64,000 nt of DNA from Macrostomum lignano. Taxonomy: Eukaryota. The notes below the pieces were generated by a model, which saw only the letters and a program-made list of their open reading frames with translations, was not told the DNA's origin and ran no database searches. Location: the NCBI GenBank assembly GCA_002269645.1, contig NIVC01000137.1, positions 496,001-560,000 on the forward strand, in the 5' to 3' direction. Each line of letters starts with the position of its first letter. The first letter of the stretch is position 1. Shown one piece after another: positions 12,273 to 25,282 of the stretch. The translations under genes and the position numbers were made by a program.

Positions 12273-13999
12273 GATTTCATAGGCTCTTCTTGAGTTCATG
12301 TTTTTTTCTTGGAGCTGTAATGGCTTTTTAAGGGAACACTTGTACACTTTTTTCCATTTCCTAAAAAGAGAAGAGGCGATTGGTTGAGGAGGAACTGAAT
12401 CTAGAGTTAATTTGATGGCGATTGAATGATGACAGGACAGAGACAGGTTAAAGAGAGTACGTATATGTACATGTAGCTTCTTCAGGTCTTGTTCAAGCGT
12501 GACCCAGTGTTACGGTTTCGAACCTCGGGGCTCCGGCCAGTTTTGGGTCGCCGATCCGGAGACTGCAAACGGGCTGGGATCCTCCACCGGAGACCTTAAA
12601 GAGTGTAAGATCTTCTTCGGAGACTACAAACGGTTATGGGTCTCCGCGATAGGAGATCCGTAACCGTTGTGGGATCTCCGGGGCATGCATGGTCAGGCCT
12701 CCCTATCCGGAGATCCTAAACCAGATTCTGTTGGCCCCTCGGAGATTTTGCACCGTTTGCCAATCTCCGTCACGGGTGCAAAAACTAAGGTTTGATTTAG
12801 GATCACCGGTTACCCGCGATCTTCCCCATTATTATTATGTCGCAAATTATAATATTTAGCTTTTTATTGTATATAGAAACCCTCTCCTAACCACTTTACA
12901 ACATCAGGGAAAATAGCATCTCCACAGTTTTTTGTTGCGGAAAAATGTACTGAAAACACATTTACTCTCCAAAGCTTGCTATTTTGCCCTGACATGGCCC
13001 TGCATGACGGTCTCTGGCATTCATGCAGTTTGACAGGGACTTATGCGTGGTCATTGTTCAATACATGGATAATATTTGATTTCAAAGTAGCCACTTGACT
13101 ATTAGAAAGTAAGCATATCCCAAACTGACAATGGCTCACCATATGCTTTCACTGCTTCACTGCAATTTTTTCAATTGTCGCGCTCAATGGCTCATTCCTT
13201 CCGCCGTCAAATTACCCAATCAAATCATTCGACTTACAAGTACATATGCATGTATAAAAGACGAAAAACAAGTCTTACCAAGCCTAAATTTCCCCCACTT
13301 GATTGATGGCTGTGTGAACGGGCCGTATGAACTAAATAGATGAATTCTTATCGAAAGAGTTGCGCGAGCTCGGCTGCATGCTCGCATGCAGGGCATTTAA
13401 AATCAGTGAAATTTAATATAGCTTTTATTTTATAAGAAAACAATACTCCAAAAAGTCTAGCATGGCGGCGATCTCTAACCTTATCTTATGCCATGGTTCC
13501 TGATGTCCGTGCGGGCGATTGTAAAATCGCGTAATTTTTCGTGTTGGATCTCCGGTCTTACTACTTATATTTAACTACTTACTTCGAGTAGCTACATGTG
13601 GTTATAGTTTTGTAAAAAAATCCGGCGCTTTATAAGCTTCACGAAAGCTCAACAACAGACAATGTACAGTGTTGAGTTAGTAGTGTGTAAATAGGTAGAA
13701 AGGGTTTATGGAGTTTTAGCTTTGCAGCAGCACACTCGCACAATCTCTTAGCTGTACAACCATTGCTAGATACAATATAACTGTGCAATACTGCAGGAGA
13801 GAGGGACAGACAGACAGGCCACAGCTCTGTATATTTGCTGTCTCCTAGGAGACGGGTGCTCCCCTTCTCTCTCTCACCTAGCCTACTAGTATAGCTGTCT
13901 ATTATCACACTAATAGCTGCCCTTACTTAAATATGCAGAAGGCTACTCGCATGTAGCAACAGAAACTCAAATCGATCATCTCCGTTTTTTACAAACAAA

Positions 14000-14275
14000 A
14001 TGTCTGCAACAATTGGCGATCAACAGGACAGCTCATCGAATTTCTTCTATGACGAAGCCGCAATTGACAGAGACTTGGCCGCTTTGGCCAGCTTCGGTCT
14101 GGACAGGGATCGCAGGATCAAGGAGCTGCTGGCTGCCAATACAAACCGGCATCAGAATAATGATGATAAAATGAACACTACTACTGACGCCAAGCCCGAC
14201 AGCAGTAGTATGGCTGAAGCAAACAGCCCAGTGAATCAACAGCAGAGTGATGAAGCACCGTCCGGTTCGGCTTGA
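14000..14275 (+). CDS. Small hypothetical protein (91 aa)
   Basis: ATG in AAACAAA context, non-repetitive GC-richer ORF set in AT-rich DNA. No recognised domain. Confidence 0.3.
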   Translation: MSATIGDQQDSSSNFFYDEAAIDRDLAALASFGLDRDRRIKELLAANTNRHQNNDDKMNTTTDAKPDSSSMAEANSPVNQQQSDEAPSGSA

Positions 14276-15499
14276 ACGACAAACAAGTGAACTCAATCGA
14301 TAACAGGTCAACCGATTTTCATGAAACAAATTTGCACCGTTTGATCAGAAATTTTCCCATTTGAATGCTGAACACGCATTAAATTTAATCCAAAATTAAT
14401 TAAGTGGCATTTTTGAATTTAGCAAGGACTACTGGAAACCTCGGTTTCAATTGTTGTTGAGAATAACAATTGTTGTTGCTTTCGATAGGAGGGAGGCAGA
14501 CCCTCCTATCTGCCTCCTATGTTGGGCCTTTTGATTGGTCTATTAATATTCATAAAGCTTTTTCGTTCAGAAAATTAGGATTTTATGTCAATTTTTTATT
14601 CTACGGGCCTTCCACGTACATAAAATCATAAAAATGCATGGCACAGCTCGACTCTTGGGTTTAATATGAATCTATTTTTATCATCTTTTTTTACACAAAT
14701 GTGAATAAATGGTCGTCTATCTCCAAAGCCACATACACAATCTACCATTGGCAAACATATCTTGGATTAGATTCAATGCATGAAAGCCCAAATTTGGACT
14801 GCAAAAAGCTATATTATTAATACTATCACTTGTTTTAAGTCCTAAACTATATCAGTATCAGTGCGTCTTCACTACCGCCTACACTTATGATATGCAAAGC
14901 ATTTTCACATCATTTTACGCGCATGTACAAGTAGTATATTTGCATATCTATCAAAATTGTATTTTTGCATTGGCTTAAGAATTCACCAATATATAAAGTT
15001 TGCTTATTGTCACTGAAAATGTAATTATTTCATTTTTAATAAACTATTTATTTAAAAAATTATCAGATGTAAAATAAGTTTTAAAAACTTTATTTTTTTC
15101 TGTTTATTCAAGTCAAAACGTTAGCAGAAAATTTCAATACAAACAGTAAGACAGTTGAAAATATTTAATAAAAATCTGGAAGTACTTTATTACAGTTTAG
15201 TTATGCATGTTTTTGCATTATTTTAATTTCCAAATATAGAGAAAGTGTCAGTTGGTATAATCATAATTTATATTGTAATAAAACTTGTCAAAAAAAATTA
15301 ATATCAATCAAACTGGAAGGAAAATGACGTATGTAGATAAAAATTCAATCGTGAGAAATATAAAAAATTTTTTTTGACATCTAGCAAGAGACTTTTACGT
15401 AGAAGTTTTTTAATTTTTCAAAAATTTGATTGGAAGATACTTGAAAAAGATATGGCGCCTGTATCTTATAAGATCTACATTCTGATCATAAATGAGATC

Positions 15500-15830
15500 T
15501 CTGATCTGACTTCCCGGACGTCTGATCTCATATGAGATCTATTAATCTCATGAGATCTCTTCTCCCAATCTCATGAGATATCTTCTCCATATCTCATGAT
15601 ATCTCTTCTCCAAATCTCATGAGATATCTTTTCCTAACCTCATGAGATCTCTTTTCCCAATCTCATCAGATATCTTCTCCCAATCTCATGAGATTCTCTT
15701 CTCTCAATCTCATGAGATATCTTTTCCCAATCTCATGAGATCTCTTCTCCCAACCTCATGAGATATCTTTTCCCAATCTCATGAGATTGATTCCTAATCT
15801 TGTGAGAGATCTTTCACCCCTATACATGAT
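15500..15830. repeat. Degenerate ~23-bp tandem repeat with palindromic core ATCTCATGAGAT
   Basis: About 12 copies of TCTCATGAGA separated by CTTCTCCCAA-type linkers. Confidence 0.85.
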
Positions 15831-15836
15831 ATTGGG

Positions 15837-15838
<2 letters not shown>

Positions 15839-15913
<75 letters not shown>

Positions 15914-15925
15914 GTCTCTCTCTCA
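15839..15925. repeat. (CT)n microsatellite
   Basis: Direct run. Confidence 0.95.
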
Positions 15926-16015
15926 TCACAACCCCATGGGATGATTCTCGCAATCTCAGCTAATCCAGTTAAAAGCCTCATCAATCCCCAAGTATTCTCC
16001 AGTGCAGTCCAACCC

Positions 16016-19000
16016 TTACAGCTCAGTAAACTCCAGCTTATAGCTGGGCAGATGCCGGATAAGCACAAGCAGGTGCTCAGGATCCACGTAGTCCAGGAGG
16101 GCCTGAGCTCGAGTCGCCTGGTCAACAATCTTGCCGCCGCCGGAAGCGGAGCAGTCGTCGGTCTCCAACCGGAAGTCGAAGCGTTGCATCAGGCTGACGA
16201 AAAAGATGAACAGCTCCATGCGAGCCAGGCTCTCGCCAAGGCAGGCCCGCTTGCCCGCCCCGAATTGGATCAGGCGCTGGCTGGCCTGCCGGTATGGCAG
16301 ATTTTAATTGGTGAAATGCTTGCATTTCTACTGCTAGTAGTGTACTCTGGGTAGTACATGTTCGCGGAAATGCAGAGCTTACTCACTGTTATCTAAGCTA
16401 CTTTGCATTTTAACTTTCTTCACTCATATCTAGTTTTAGCTTATTCGTATATCTAATCTCAATTTATTCCTAATCTCACTGCACTGAAGTCTCACCTCAA
16501 TCATATTTGAATTTAAGTTCAGATCACCAGTGTATAATCTCACCCCACCAATATCTAATTTCACCCCAAAAATTTTAATCTAATCTCACCCCAAAAATTC
16601 TCATCTTATCTCACCAATATCTAATCCCACCCCACTAACATCTAATCCCACCCCACTAAGTCTAATCCCACCCACTAACATCTAATCCCACCCCACAAAC
16701 ATTTAATCTCACCTCATCAATATCTATTCTCTTCCGACCAATATCTAATCTCACCTCACCAATATCCAATCTTACATCGAAAATCTAATCTCACCACACC
16801 AATATCCAATCTTACATCGAAAACTAATCTCACCTCACCAATATCCAATCTCACATCGAAAATCTAATCTCACCTCACCAATATCCAATCTCACTTCGAA
16901 AATCTAATCTCACCTCACCAATATATAATCTCACATCGAAAATCTATTCTCACCTTACCAATATCCAATCTCACTCCGACCATCGATAATCTCACCTGGA
17001 ACCGGCTTTCAGAGTCCAGATAGCGCTCCGGTTTAAAGCAGTCGGGCTCAGGGAACTGGTCCGGGTCGCGGTGAATATAGTACATATTGTACATCATATA
17101 GCTATTAGCTGGAATCTTATATCCGGCAACTTGAATGTCGGCAGTAACCCGGTGAGTTAAGCCGTTAGTAACCAGGCTAGCCAATCGTTGAACCTCTTCC
17201 AGAGTAGCCATTGTGTAGTGCAGCTTGGCCTTGTCAGCCATGCACACGCGGCCCTGGACACCCAGGTGTTGTCTGATCTCCTCTCTAACCTTACTGGCAA
17301 CTCTGGGGTTAGCCAGCATGTAGATTAGCGCCCAGCGCAGGGTAGTGGTTGTTGTCTCTGTGCCAGCTAGAAACAGGTCAAGGATGGCCATGCCAAGTCG
17401 CTTGTTGGTGAACAGGTCTGTGGGATAGGGCGTACTCGCGGATCTGAATGTGGGCCACCTGAAGGGCCTGAATGAGACTAGCTTTGTACCTGAAGGATCT
17501 GAATGAAGTCACCTGAAGTACCTCAGTGAAGTCACCTGAAGGATCTGAATGAAGTCACCTGAAGTACCTCAGTGAAGTCACCTGAAGCACCTCAGTGAAG
17601 TCACCTGAAGTACCTCAGTGAAGTCACCTGAAGCACCTCAGTGAAGTCACCTGAAGTACCTCAGTGAAGTCACCTGAAGTACCTCAGTGAAGTCACCTGA
17701 AGTACCTTAGTGAAGTCACCTGAAGTACCTCAGTGAAGTCACCTGAAGTACCTCAGTGAAGTCACCTAAAGTACCTCAGTGAAGTCACCTGAAGTACCTC
17801 AGTGAAGTCACCTGAAGTACCTCAGTGAAGTCACCTGAAGTACCTCAGTGAAGTCACCTGAAGTACCTCAGTGAAGTCACCTGAAGTAAGTATCTGAATG
17901 AAGTTACCTGAATAAGGTCACCTGTAGGATCTGAATGAAGCCACCTAAAGTACCTGCATAAGGTCACCTGTAGGATCTGAATGAAGCCACCTAAAGTACC
18001 TGCATAAGGTCACCTGTAGGATCTGAATGAAGCCACCTGAAGTATCTGAATAAGGTCACCTCAAGTATCTGAATGAAGTCACCTGAAGTATCTGAATGAA
18101 GTCACCTGAAGTATCTGAATGAAGTCACCTGAAGTATCTGAATGAAGCCACCTGAAGTATCTGAATAAGGTCACCTAAAGTATCTGAATGAAGCCACCTG
18201 AAGTATCTGAATAAGGTCACCTCAAGTATCTGAATGAAGCCACCTGAAGTATCTGAATGAAGCCACCTGAAGTATCTGAATAAGGTCACTTCAAGTATCT
18301 GAATGAAGCCACCTGAAGTATCTGAATAAGTTCACCTCAAGTATCTGAATGAAGTCACCTGAAGTATCTGAATGAAGTCACCTGAAGTATCTGAATGAAG
18401 TCACCTGAAGTATCTGAATGAAGTCACCTGAAGTATCTGAATGAAGTCACCTGAAGTATCTGAATGAAGTCACCTGAAGTATCTGAATGAAGTCACCTGA
18501 AGTATCTGAATGAAGTCACCTGAAGTATCTGAATGAAGTTACCAGAAAGATGTTAAAACTGAACGAAGCTACGAGATCTGAATGAGATTAGCTGAAAGGC
18601 AAGCACGAGACAAAAAACCTTAACCTGAAGGAGCTGGATCCGAACCAGAAACCATCACTTATCAATATTCATCTCACCTACCAGCTCCGTTGTCGTCAGT
18701 CTGCTGATTGAGCTGCTGGTGCTTCAGGTGCGCCTCGATGTAGTCGCGAGCTTCAGAGAATCCCGCCTCGGGCATTTCAGCAGCGTGGGCTTCCACCTGG
18801 TTGTTGATTAGGAAATGATGGTGATTTAATGGCTGAAAAACAGGTGCGCGCCGGCCCAGCATCCGAGGATCTGGGAGGCTGGTGGCCCAGCAACTGAGGA
18901 TCTGGGAGGCTGGTGGCCCAGCAACTGAGGATCTGGGAGGCTGGTGGCAGTGGCGTAGGCAAGGGGGGGATATGGGGATGTATCCCCCCCCCGTGGGCCT

Positions 19001-22000
19001 GGTTGGTGGGTGTAAGAAATTACTAAATCTCTAAGGTTTGTATTCAATACTGATACTGATGTGATTACTGTACTGTTAGTGTTATTAATTTTGTCGATAT
19101 ATACTACATTTGATTCTTACAGCTGAACGGAATTCTAATCCAAAAACTGTCTAATAATATAACATGAATTTGAAAGATACGAGTAGCACAATAAAAATTC
19201 CTTCCTAGTTTTGCCTCTGCCTCTGGCTTAGTCTTGGAAAAGAGTGTGAGGCTCAGGAGAGAGGAAGAGAGTCAGAGTGTGGGACTGAGGGGTGAGGGCA
19301 GGGTAGTTGGTTGTACGCTCGTATATGTACATTGTGATTGTACATCCTATATACGACCCCTATATGTACATCTTCAGTTCTTCACCCTCCCGAGTCCCAA
19401 CCCCAAGGCCCAAGGCCCAACCCCCCGCCAAGTGAAATATACTTAAGCTTAACCACCATAGTATTCTGGAGGCACTGACTATAGTATACGCTCGTAGTAT
19501 GGCTCTACCTCCAGCAAAACAATCAAAGATAGATCGATTTTTTTCTCGCAACAATCGCTGCACAGCCAGAACTCATCTGTACCTGTATCTACTACAAGGT
19601 CAACTACAGAAATAACGACTACTGCTACTGTTTGTGCTATCTCTGGTTTACATGGAGATGGAAATGCAGAGTACATAGGCCCGGACTCTGTCCCTGTTGC
19701 TGCTCCTGCTTTGGAAGTGTTGCCTGTGAGTGTAAATTCTGTCTCTCCACCTAAGCCGCCACCACCTTCCACTGAGATTGCTGCTCCAGATATCTACGAT
19801 GCTGTGCAGCTTCGAATGCAAGGCAAGCTATCTGCTGAACATTGTCGCTTTTTCATGAAAGAAGTACTGAACGTTTCTGAGAGCTACAAGCTTCCTTTCA
19901 CTCAGGGAACACGGCAGAAGTATAGGCTACACCATTATCATCTCAATGGAGTGAATAGCTGTTTCTACTTTTCACCAAAGCAGCAGGGAGTCTTCAGTCT
20001 ACCTTGTGTACTTTTTGCACCCTCAACTGGCATTGGTGAGAGAAACAAACAAGAGCTTGGTCAGCTCGTAACAACACCAGCTACCAACTTCAAGAAGATT
20101 ACGGAGATTTACACTAAGCATCGTAATTGTCACTACCACCAGCAGGCATGTGATACATTCCGCCAGGTTGAATTGCAAGCAGCCACAAATGCTGCTGATG
20201 TGTCAGCGCAAATGAAGACATCAGCTAGTGTAGCCCTACTGGATAACCAGTATATATTTGAGGCTGTCATCCAGGCAATCGAATACCTTGGGCGCACAAA
20301 CCAGGGTCTGCGTGGCCATCGTGAAGATGCAGGAAGATTAAAGGTTCCCGACGGACGTGAACATGTCGATTACACACAAGGAAATTTGCGAGCTCTTCTT
20401 CAGAGAGATGCTGTCAAAGATAAAAAACTAGCAAGTCTCCTGGAGAGTAGACCTCTCAATTCCACTGGCCTTTCACCTGCCGTACAAAATAGGCTAATAG
20501 ACTGCATTAACACTGTAATGACTCGCGCAGTTGTTCAGCCAATTAAATCGTTCTATGCAATTATTGTCGACGGAACAAGTGATATTTCACGTTCTGAGCA
20601 ACTCTCAATCACGATTCGCTATGTCAACAACGATGGAGATGTTCAAGAGCGCTTTGTTGGCTTTGTAGAACTAAAGGAACAAGATGCTCCTGCAATTGTT
20701 GATGCCATTGATGCAAAGCTGGAGCTCTTGCAACTGGACAAGTCACTTCTTGTTGCGCAAGGCTACGACGGTGCTTCGGTTGAGTGCTGAAGGTGGTGTT
20801 CAAGGTTGAATTCGAAGAACATGCCCTAATGCTATCTACATCCACTGCTACAGTCACTGTCTCAATCTTTGCACCAGGGCAACAGTAGACAGCAAGCGAG
20901 GCATTCGGGAACTGAAGAGTGTGTATGCCACACTTGATGCTGCATCCAAGCACTTCTCGCATTCAGCAGTCAGGACAAAAGTTTGCTGAACTTGTCGCGG
21001 CTAAGCAGAGTGATGCCACACAGACAGAGCGCCTCAAGATGCGATTGAAGCCATTCTGCCCAACACGGTTTGTGGACAGTATAGATTGCGTCTGACTTTC
21101 TGGCGGTCTTTGATGTGGCTGCAGAGTACTTTTATTCTGCGGACCTGTCTGTGTACAACAACATCGTCAACGCAGTGACTATCGTTGGCATTCATGTCCT
21201 TCAAGCACTGCTCGGTTCAATGCGTGGTCTTTCAGTCGTACTTCAGGCAAGTGCTTCTATCATATTTATGGAAATTTGATTTTTAATTGCTCTTTTGGAA
21301 TTAACTGATTGCTCTTTGTTAGTTCTGAAGCTACTTTTTGTATATTAAAGTTGCTTTAAGTTTAATTAGTTAAGTAAGGGAATAGAAAATTAGTTAGTTT
21401 TTATAATTAACTTTGCCCTTCACTGAAGGGTGGGTGTTGGATTGTCGGTCTGTTAGATAGATAGAACCATGCAAATTGCAAAATGTTACGCATTATGATA
21501 TGCCTGCACGATGTCGAGTTCATGTCATATTAATATTTATGATTTTTTGTATGTGCATTTGGCTAACCTCATTTTCAACTTTTTTCATCGCAGGGGAAGG
21601 CCATGGACCTCATCGTTGCTAGCGAGGAGGCTGATCGAGTTCTCCAACTTCTAAGGACTTGGCGAAGTGACAGTTCGGATGCAAAATTCAAAGAGCTGTT
21701 TGAAGCTGCCGACAGACTTCATAAGCGACACAATGACGATCAGCCAATTCCGAATAAGTACAGAGCACTTCCTTCGCAGCGCAGCCAACATCGCAGCAAT
21801 GCACATAGTGGTGGTGCTTTTGAGAACTTTAAAGTGAATGTCTGGTATCCTGCACTGGATCTCGTCATTTCCGAGCTCAGTGAGCGCTTTTCAAGATCAA
21901 CCAAGATTGCCATGAAAATGACCAAGCTTTTACCCGCCAACTGCGTCAATGCAGATGCCACTCTGGCTGCAACGGAGGCATTCAACGAGTACAGCTTCTT

Positions 22001-24748
22001 TCTGGAGCCAGTCGCAATATGCTTAGCTGAATTTGAACGCTGGCAAGCATTCTGTAAGAGCCTGCCATCAGCTGAGCGAAGAACCATGACCATCTCCGTC
22101 TCTCCGACACAATCAAGCGCTGCAATAAGGGTCTTTGGCCAAACATCCATGACCTACTGACGATCTTTCTCACTATCCCAGTGACAACTTGCACAGCTGA
22201 AAGATCATTTAGTATGCTTCGTCTTTTGAAGACCCATACCAGGTCAACCATGGGCGAGAGCCGGCTGAACGGACTTGCAATGCTGTCAGTGCACAAAGAC
22301 ATTCAACTGCCATACAAGCGTGTGATTGAGGAATACTCACGGCGTTTTGACACTCGCCTGCGGCTGTTGTAATTGTAATTGTGAACTCTTTACTGTGTCA
22401 GACTGCCAGTTTGTTGTTTTTATTTAGCATATTGCTCTACAGCTCTAAAATATATTGGTGCTACATTGATTAGAAAGCAAAATATTGTTGAAAAGCTAAA
22501 TTGATACATTGGAAAGCATAGTGCATGCTAGTGCAGCAAGTAAAAAACGATTCTCATTTACTCAAGCATTCAGAAAGAATTTTTTCTATTTTTTTCACTA
22601 AATTGTGCGATTTTCATCGAATTAGAAACTTGACTGGCTGTTCATAGCTACCTATCACCTACATATTTGATTTACGGCACTTTTCTTGTGAACTGTCATT
22701 GGGCCAGCAAGCTGTACAAGTAGCAGCAGCTTTACTCATTTATATCCTTGCATCCCCCCGTGAGAAATTCCTGGCTACGCCCCTGGCTGGTGGCCCAGCA
22801 ACTGAGGAGCCGGGAGGCTGGTGGCCCAGCAACTGAGGATCTGGGAGGCTGGTGGCCCAGCAACTGAGGATCTGGGAGGCTGGCGGCTCAGCAACTGAGG
22901 ATCTGGGAGGCTGGTGGCCCAGCAACTGAGGATCTGGGAGGCTGGTGGCCCAGCAACTGAGGATCCGGGAGGCTGGTGGCCCAGCAACTGAGGATCTGGG
23001 AGGCTGGTGGCCCAGCAACTGAGGATCTGGGAGGCTGGCGGCTCAGCAACTGAGGATCTGGGAGGCTGGTGGCCCAGCAACTGAGGATCTGGGAGGCTGG
23101 TGGCCCAGCAACTGAGGATCTGGGAGGCTGGTGGCCCAGCAACTGAGGATCTGGGAGGCTGGTGGCCCAGCAACTGAGGATCCGGGAGGCTGGTGGCCCA
23201 GCAACTGAGGATCTGGGAGGCTGGTGGCCCAGCAACTGAGGATCTGGGAGGCTGGTGGCTCAGCAACTGAGGATCTGGGTGGCTGGTGGCCCAGCAAATG
23301 AGGATCTGGGAGGCTGGTGGCCCAGCAACTGAGGATCTGGGAGGCTGGTGGCCCAGCAACTGAGGATCTGGGTGGCTGGTGGCCCAGCAACTGAAGATCT
23401 GGGAGGCTGGTGGCCCAGCAACTGAGGATCTGGGAGGCTGGCAGTGGCTCAGCAACTGAGGATCTGTGTGGCTGGTGGCCCAGCAACTGAGGATCTGGGA
23501 GGAAATTGCAAATTTCGGCAGCAGAAACTGCCAATTGCTGTCACAAAAAAGCAACAGTTCAGACCTGCTGCTGGCAGAAGTCGAGCAGGTAGTTCATTTT
23601 CTCGATGATGCCTTGCATACCGGGCAGCTTCAGCAGCAGCCTCATCAATGGCGTGCACCTGCTGCTGATCGGCAGGAACGCCAGCGCCTTGAAATTCTCT
23701 TCCTGAAAACGCGGATTTGCCGTGAACTCGTTGAAAGCGTCCAGGATGCGCTCGAACTCGGGATTATCCGAGGCCAGCCGGCTGCCGAATACCAGCTGGC
23801 AGATGACGTTCGAGACGCTGCGCCCGAGCACCAGGTTGACGTCGATGGCTTCGCTGCCGCCTCGGGTGGCGATCTCGGAGCACAGCTCCTCAGCCTCCAG
23901 CGAGATGCAGTGCTCGGCGCCGCGCCGGCCGAGTCCGAAATCGCGCAGAGTATGCAGAGTGAACCGGCGGTACTGCTTCCACAGCTCACCGTCTGTGCCA
24001 ACCAGGCCTACGGGGCATTGTGGGGTGCTATGCTCGATCCTGATTGGCTGTGGCGCTCTGGCTTGTTACTATAAACTACTCTTTGCAGCGATGCTCGATT
24101 CTGATTGGCTGCGGCGCTCTGGCCTGTCCCTACGTACCTCTTGCCGCGATGCTCGATTTTGATTGGCTGCGGCCCTCAGCTGGCTTGTCTCTACCAAACT
24201 ACTCTTTGCAGCGATGCTCGATTTTGATTGGCTGCGGCCCTCAGCTGGCTTGTCTCTACCAAACTACTCTTTGCAGCGATGCTCGATTCTGATTGGCTGC
24301 GGCCCTCAGCTGGCTTGTCTCTACCAAACTACTCTTTGCAGCGATGCTCGATTCTGATTGGCTGTGGCCTTGTGACCCTCCTGCCCACTCCCCGTCGTGT
24401 TGTCAAAAAACGAGACTCACCCCCATTGCTACCAATGAGAAGTTCGATCGGTTTTTGAGTGACCCGACCGCTCAAAGCTTCGGCATTATCAACCATAGCC
24501 TCTCGAAAAGCGGCATAACTATTCAGATAGTACATCCTGGTTGGGCCGAGAAAGAACAGCACAAGATGGTCGCGAGCAAATCTCTCCGACATAAATCGGT
24601 ACAGAGGTCGTTCTAGGTAACGAAAACTACCAATTATAGGATCGGAGCCGGGACACGGCGGATCCGACTTCTGTGGTTTAGTCAGCCGGTAGAGATAGCC
24701 GAAGAGAAGAACTCCGGCTGAGCCAATTAGCACTACTGGCAGTAGCAT
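16016..24748 (-). CDS. Cytochrome P450, CYP2 clan, 5 exons, ~525-535 aa
   Basis: Exons 24748-24421, 24007-23565, 18796-18678 (or 18682), 17443 (or 17417)-16996 and 16285-16016, all phase-compatible. Motifs: N-terminal anchor + [32 protein letters not shown]-helix [21 protein letters not shown] (ExxR), FKPERYL, heme [10 protein letters not shown]. Confidence 0.92.
16540..16990. repeat. Minisatellite in CYP intron 4 (ATATCTAATCTCACCTCACCA-like)
   Basis: Degenerate 20-40 bp units. The sense strand repeats GGTGAGAT. Confidence 0.85.
17455..18545. repeat. Minisatellite, 23-bp unit (GAAGTATCTGAATGAAGTCACCT), fills CYP intron 3
   Basis: About 45 tandem copies in two sub-variant blocks (TACCTCAGT vs TATCTGAAT). 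Confidence 0.95.
18948..22785 (+). mobile_element. hAT DNA transposon (Tip100/ZMYM1-like), 3838 bp
   Basis: Left TIR CAGTGGCGTAGGCAAG; right TIR reverse complement CAGGGGCGTAGCCAGG. Perfect 8-bp TSD GCTGGTGG at 18940-18947 and 22786-22793. Encodes a transposase. Confidence 0.93.
19499..22372 (+). pseudogene. Disrupted hAT transposase (DUF4371-type region + hATC dimerisation domain) with a GC-AG intron at 21247-21593
   Basis: [15 protein letters not shown] start, then [62 protein letters not shown]|[41 protein letters not shown]. Frameshifts near 19530, 20783 and 22120-22150, and in-frame TGA near 20807. Confidence 0.88.
24030..24365. repeat. 65-bp tandem repeat (~5 copies) in CYP intron 1
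   Basis: Unit GCAGCGATGCTCGATTCTGATTGGCTGCGGCCCTCAGCTGGCTTGTCTCTACCAAACTACTCTTT. ORF starts at 24163, 24228 and 24293 are 65 bp apart. Confidence 0.9.
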
Positions 24749-24839
24749 GATGCAGCTCACGTTTTTTGAAAAAAAAGCATGAACGTAAATTCAACATGGT
24801 AGCTATTTTAGCGACTAAAGTAGAGTTGACTAGCAAATA

Positions 24840-25282
24840 GTCAGGAGCCGATGTGTACACCTCGATTAAGCTAGGAGTTCTGTCAGGAGCTGGTGTGTAC
24901 ACCTGGATTGAGCTAGGAACTGGTCAGGAGAGCTGGTGTGTACACTTGGATTGAGCTAGGAGCTGGTCAGAAGAGCTGGTGTGTACACCTGAATTGAGCT
25001 AGTAGTTCTATCAGGAGCCGGTGTGTACACCTGGACTGAGCTAGGAGTTCTATCAGGAGCCGGTGTGTACACCTGGACTGAGCTAGGAGTTCTATCAGGA
25101 GCCGGTGTGTACACCTGGACTGAGCTAGGAGTTCTATCAGGAGCCGGTGTGTACACCTGGACTGAGCTAGGAGTTCTATCAGGAGCCGGTGTGTACACCT
25201 GGTCTGAGCTAGGAGTTCTATCAGGAGCCGGTGTGTACACCTCGATTGAGCTAGGAGTTCTATCAGGAGCCGGTGTGTACTT
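24840..25282. repeat. 42-bp minisatellite (~10 copies) just upstream of the CYP start
   Basis: Unit AGGAGCCGGTGTGTACACCTGGACTGAGCTAGGAGTTCTATC. Confidence 0.93.

Larger units (their letters stand above)
18855..23500. repeat. 31-bp minisatellite (GGGAGGCTGGTGGCCCAGCAACTGAGGATCT) in CYP intron 2, split into 18855-18947 and 22786-23500 by the hAT insertion
   Basis: The same unit lies on both sides of the transposon. It is an inverted relative of the 3398-4620 array. Confidence 0.9.

Noticed and set aside
12500-12830. GC-rich segment with recurring GGAGA(T/C)C motifs, possibly a transposon end
   Set aside because: No partner TIR, TSD or second copy found in the window.
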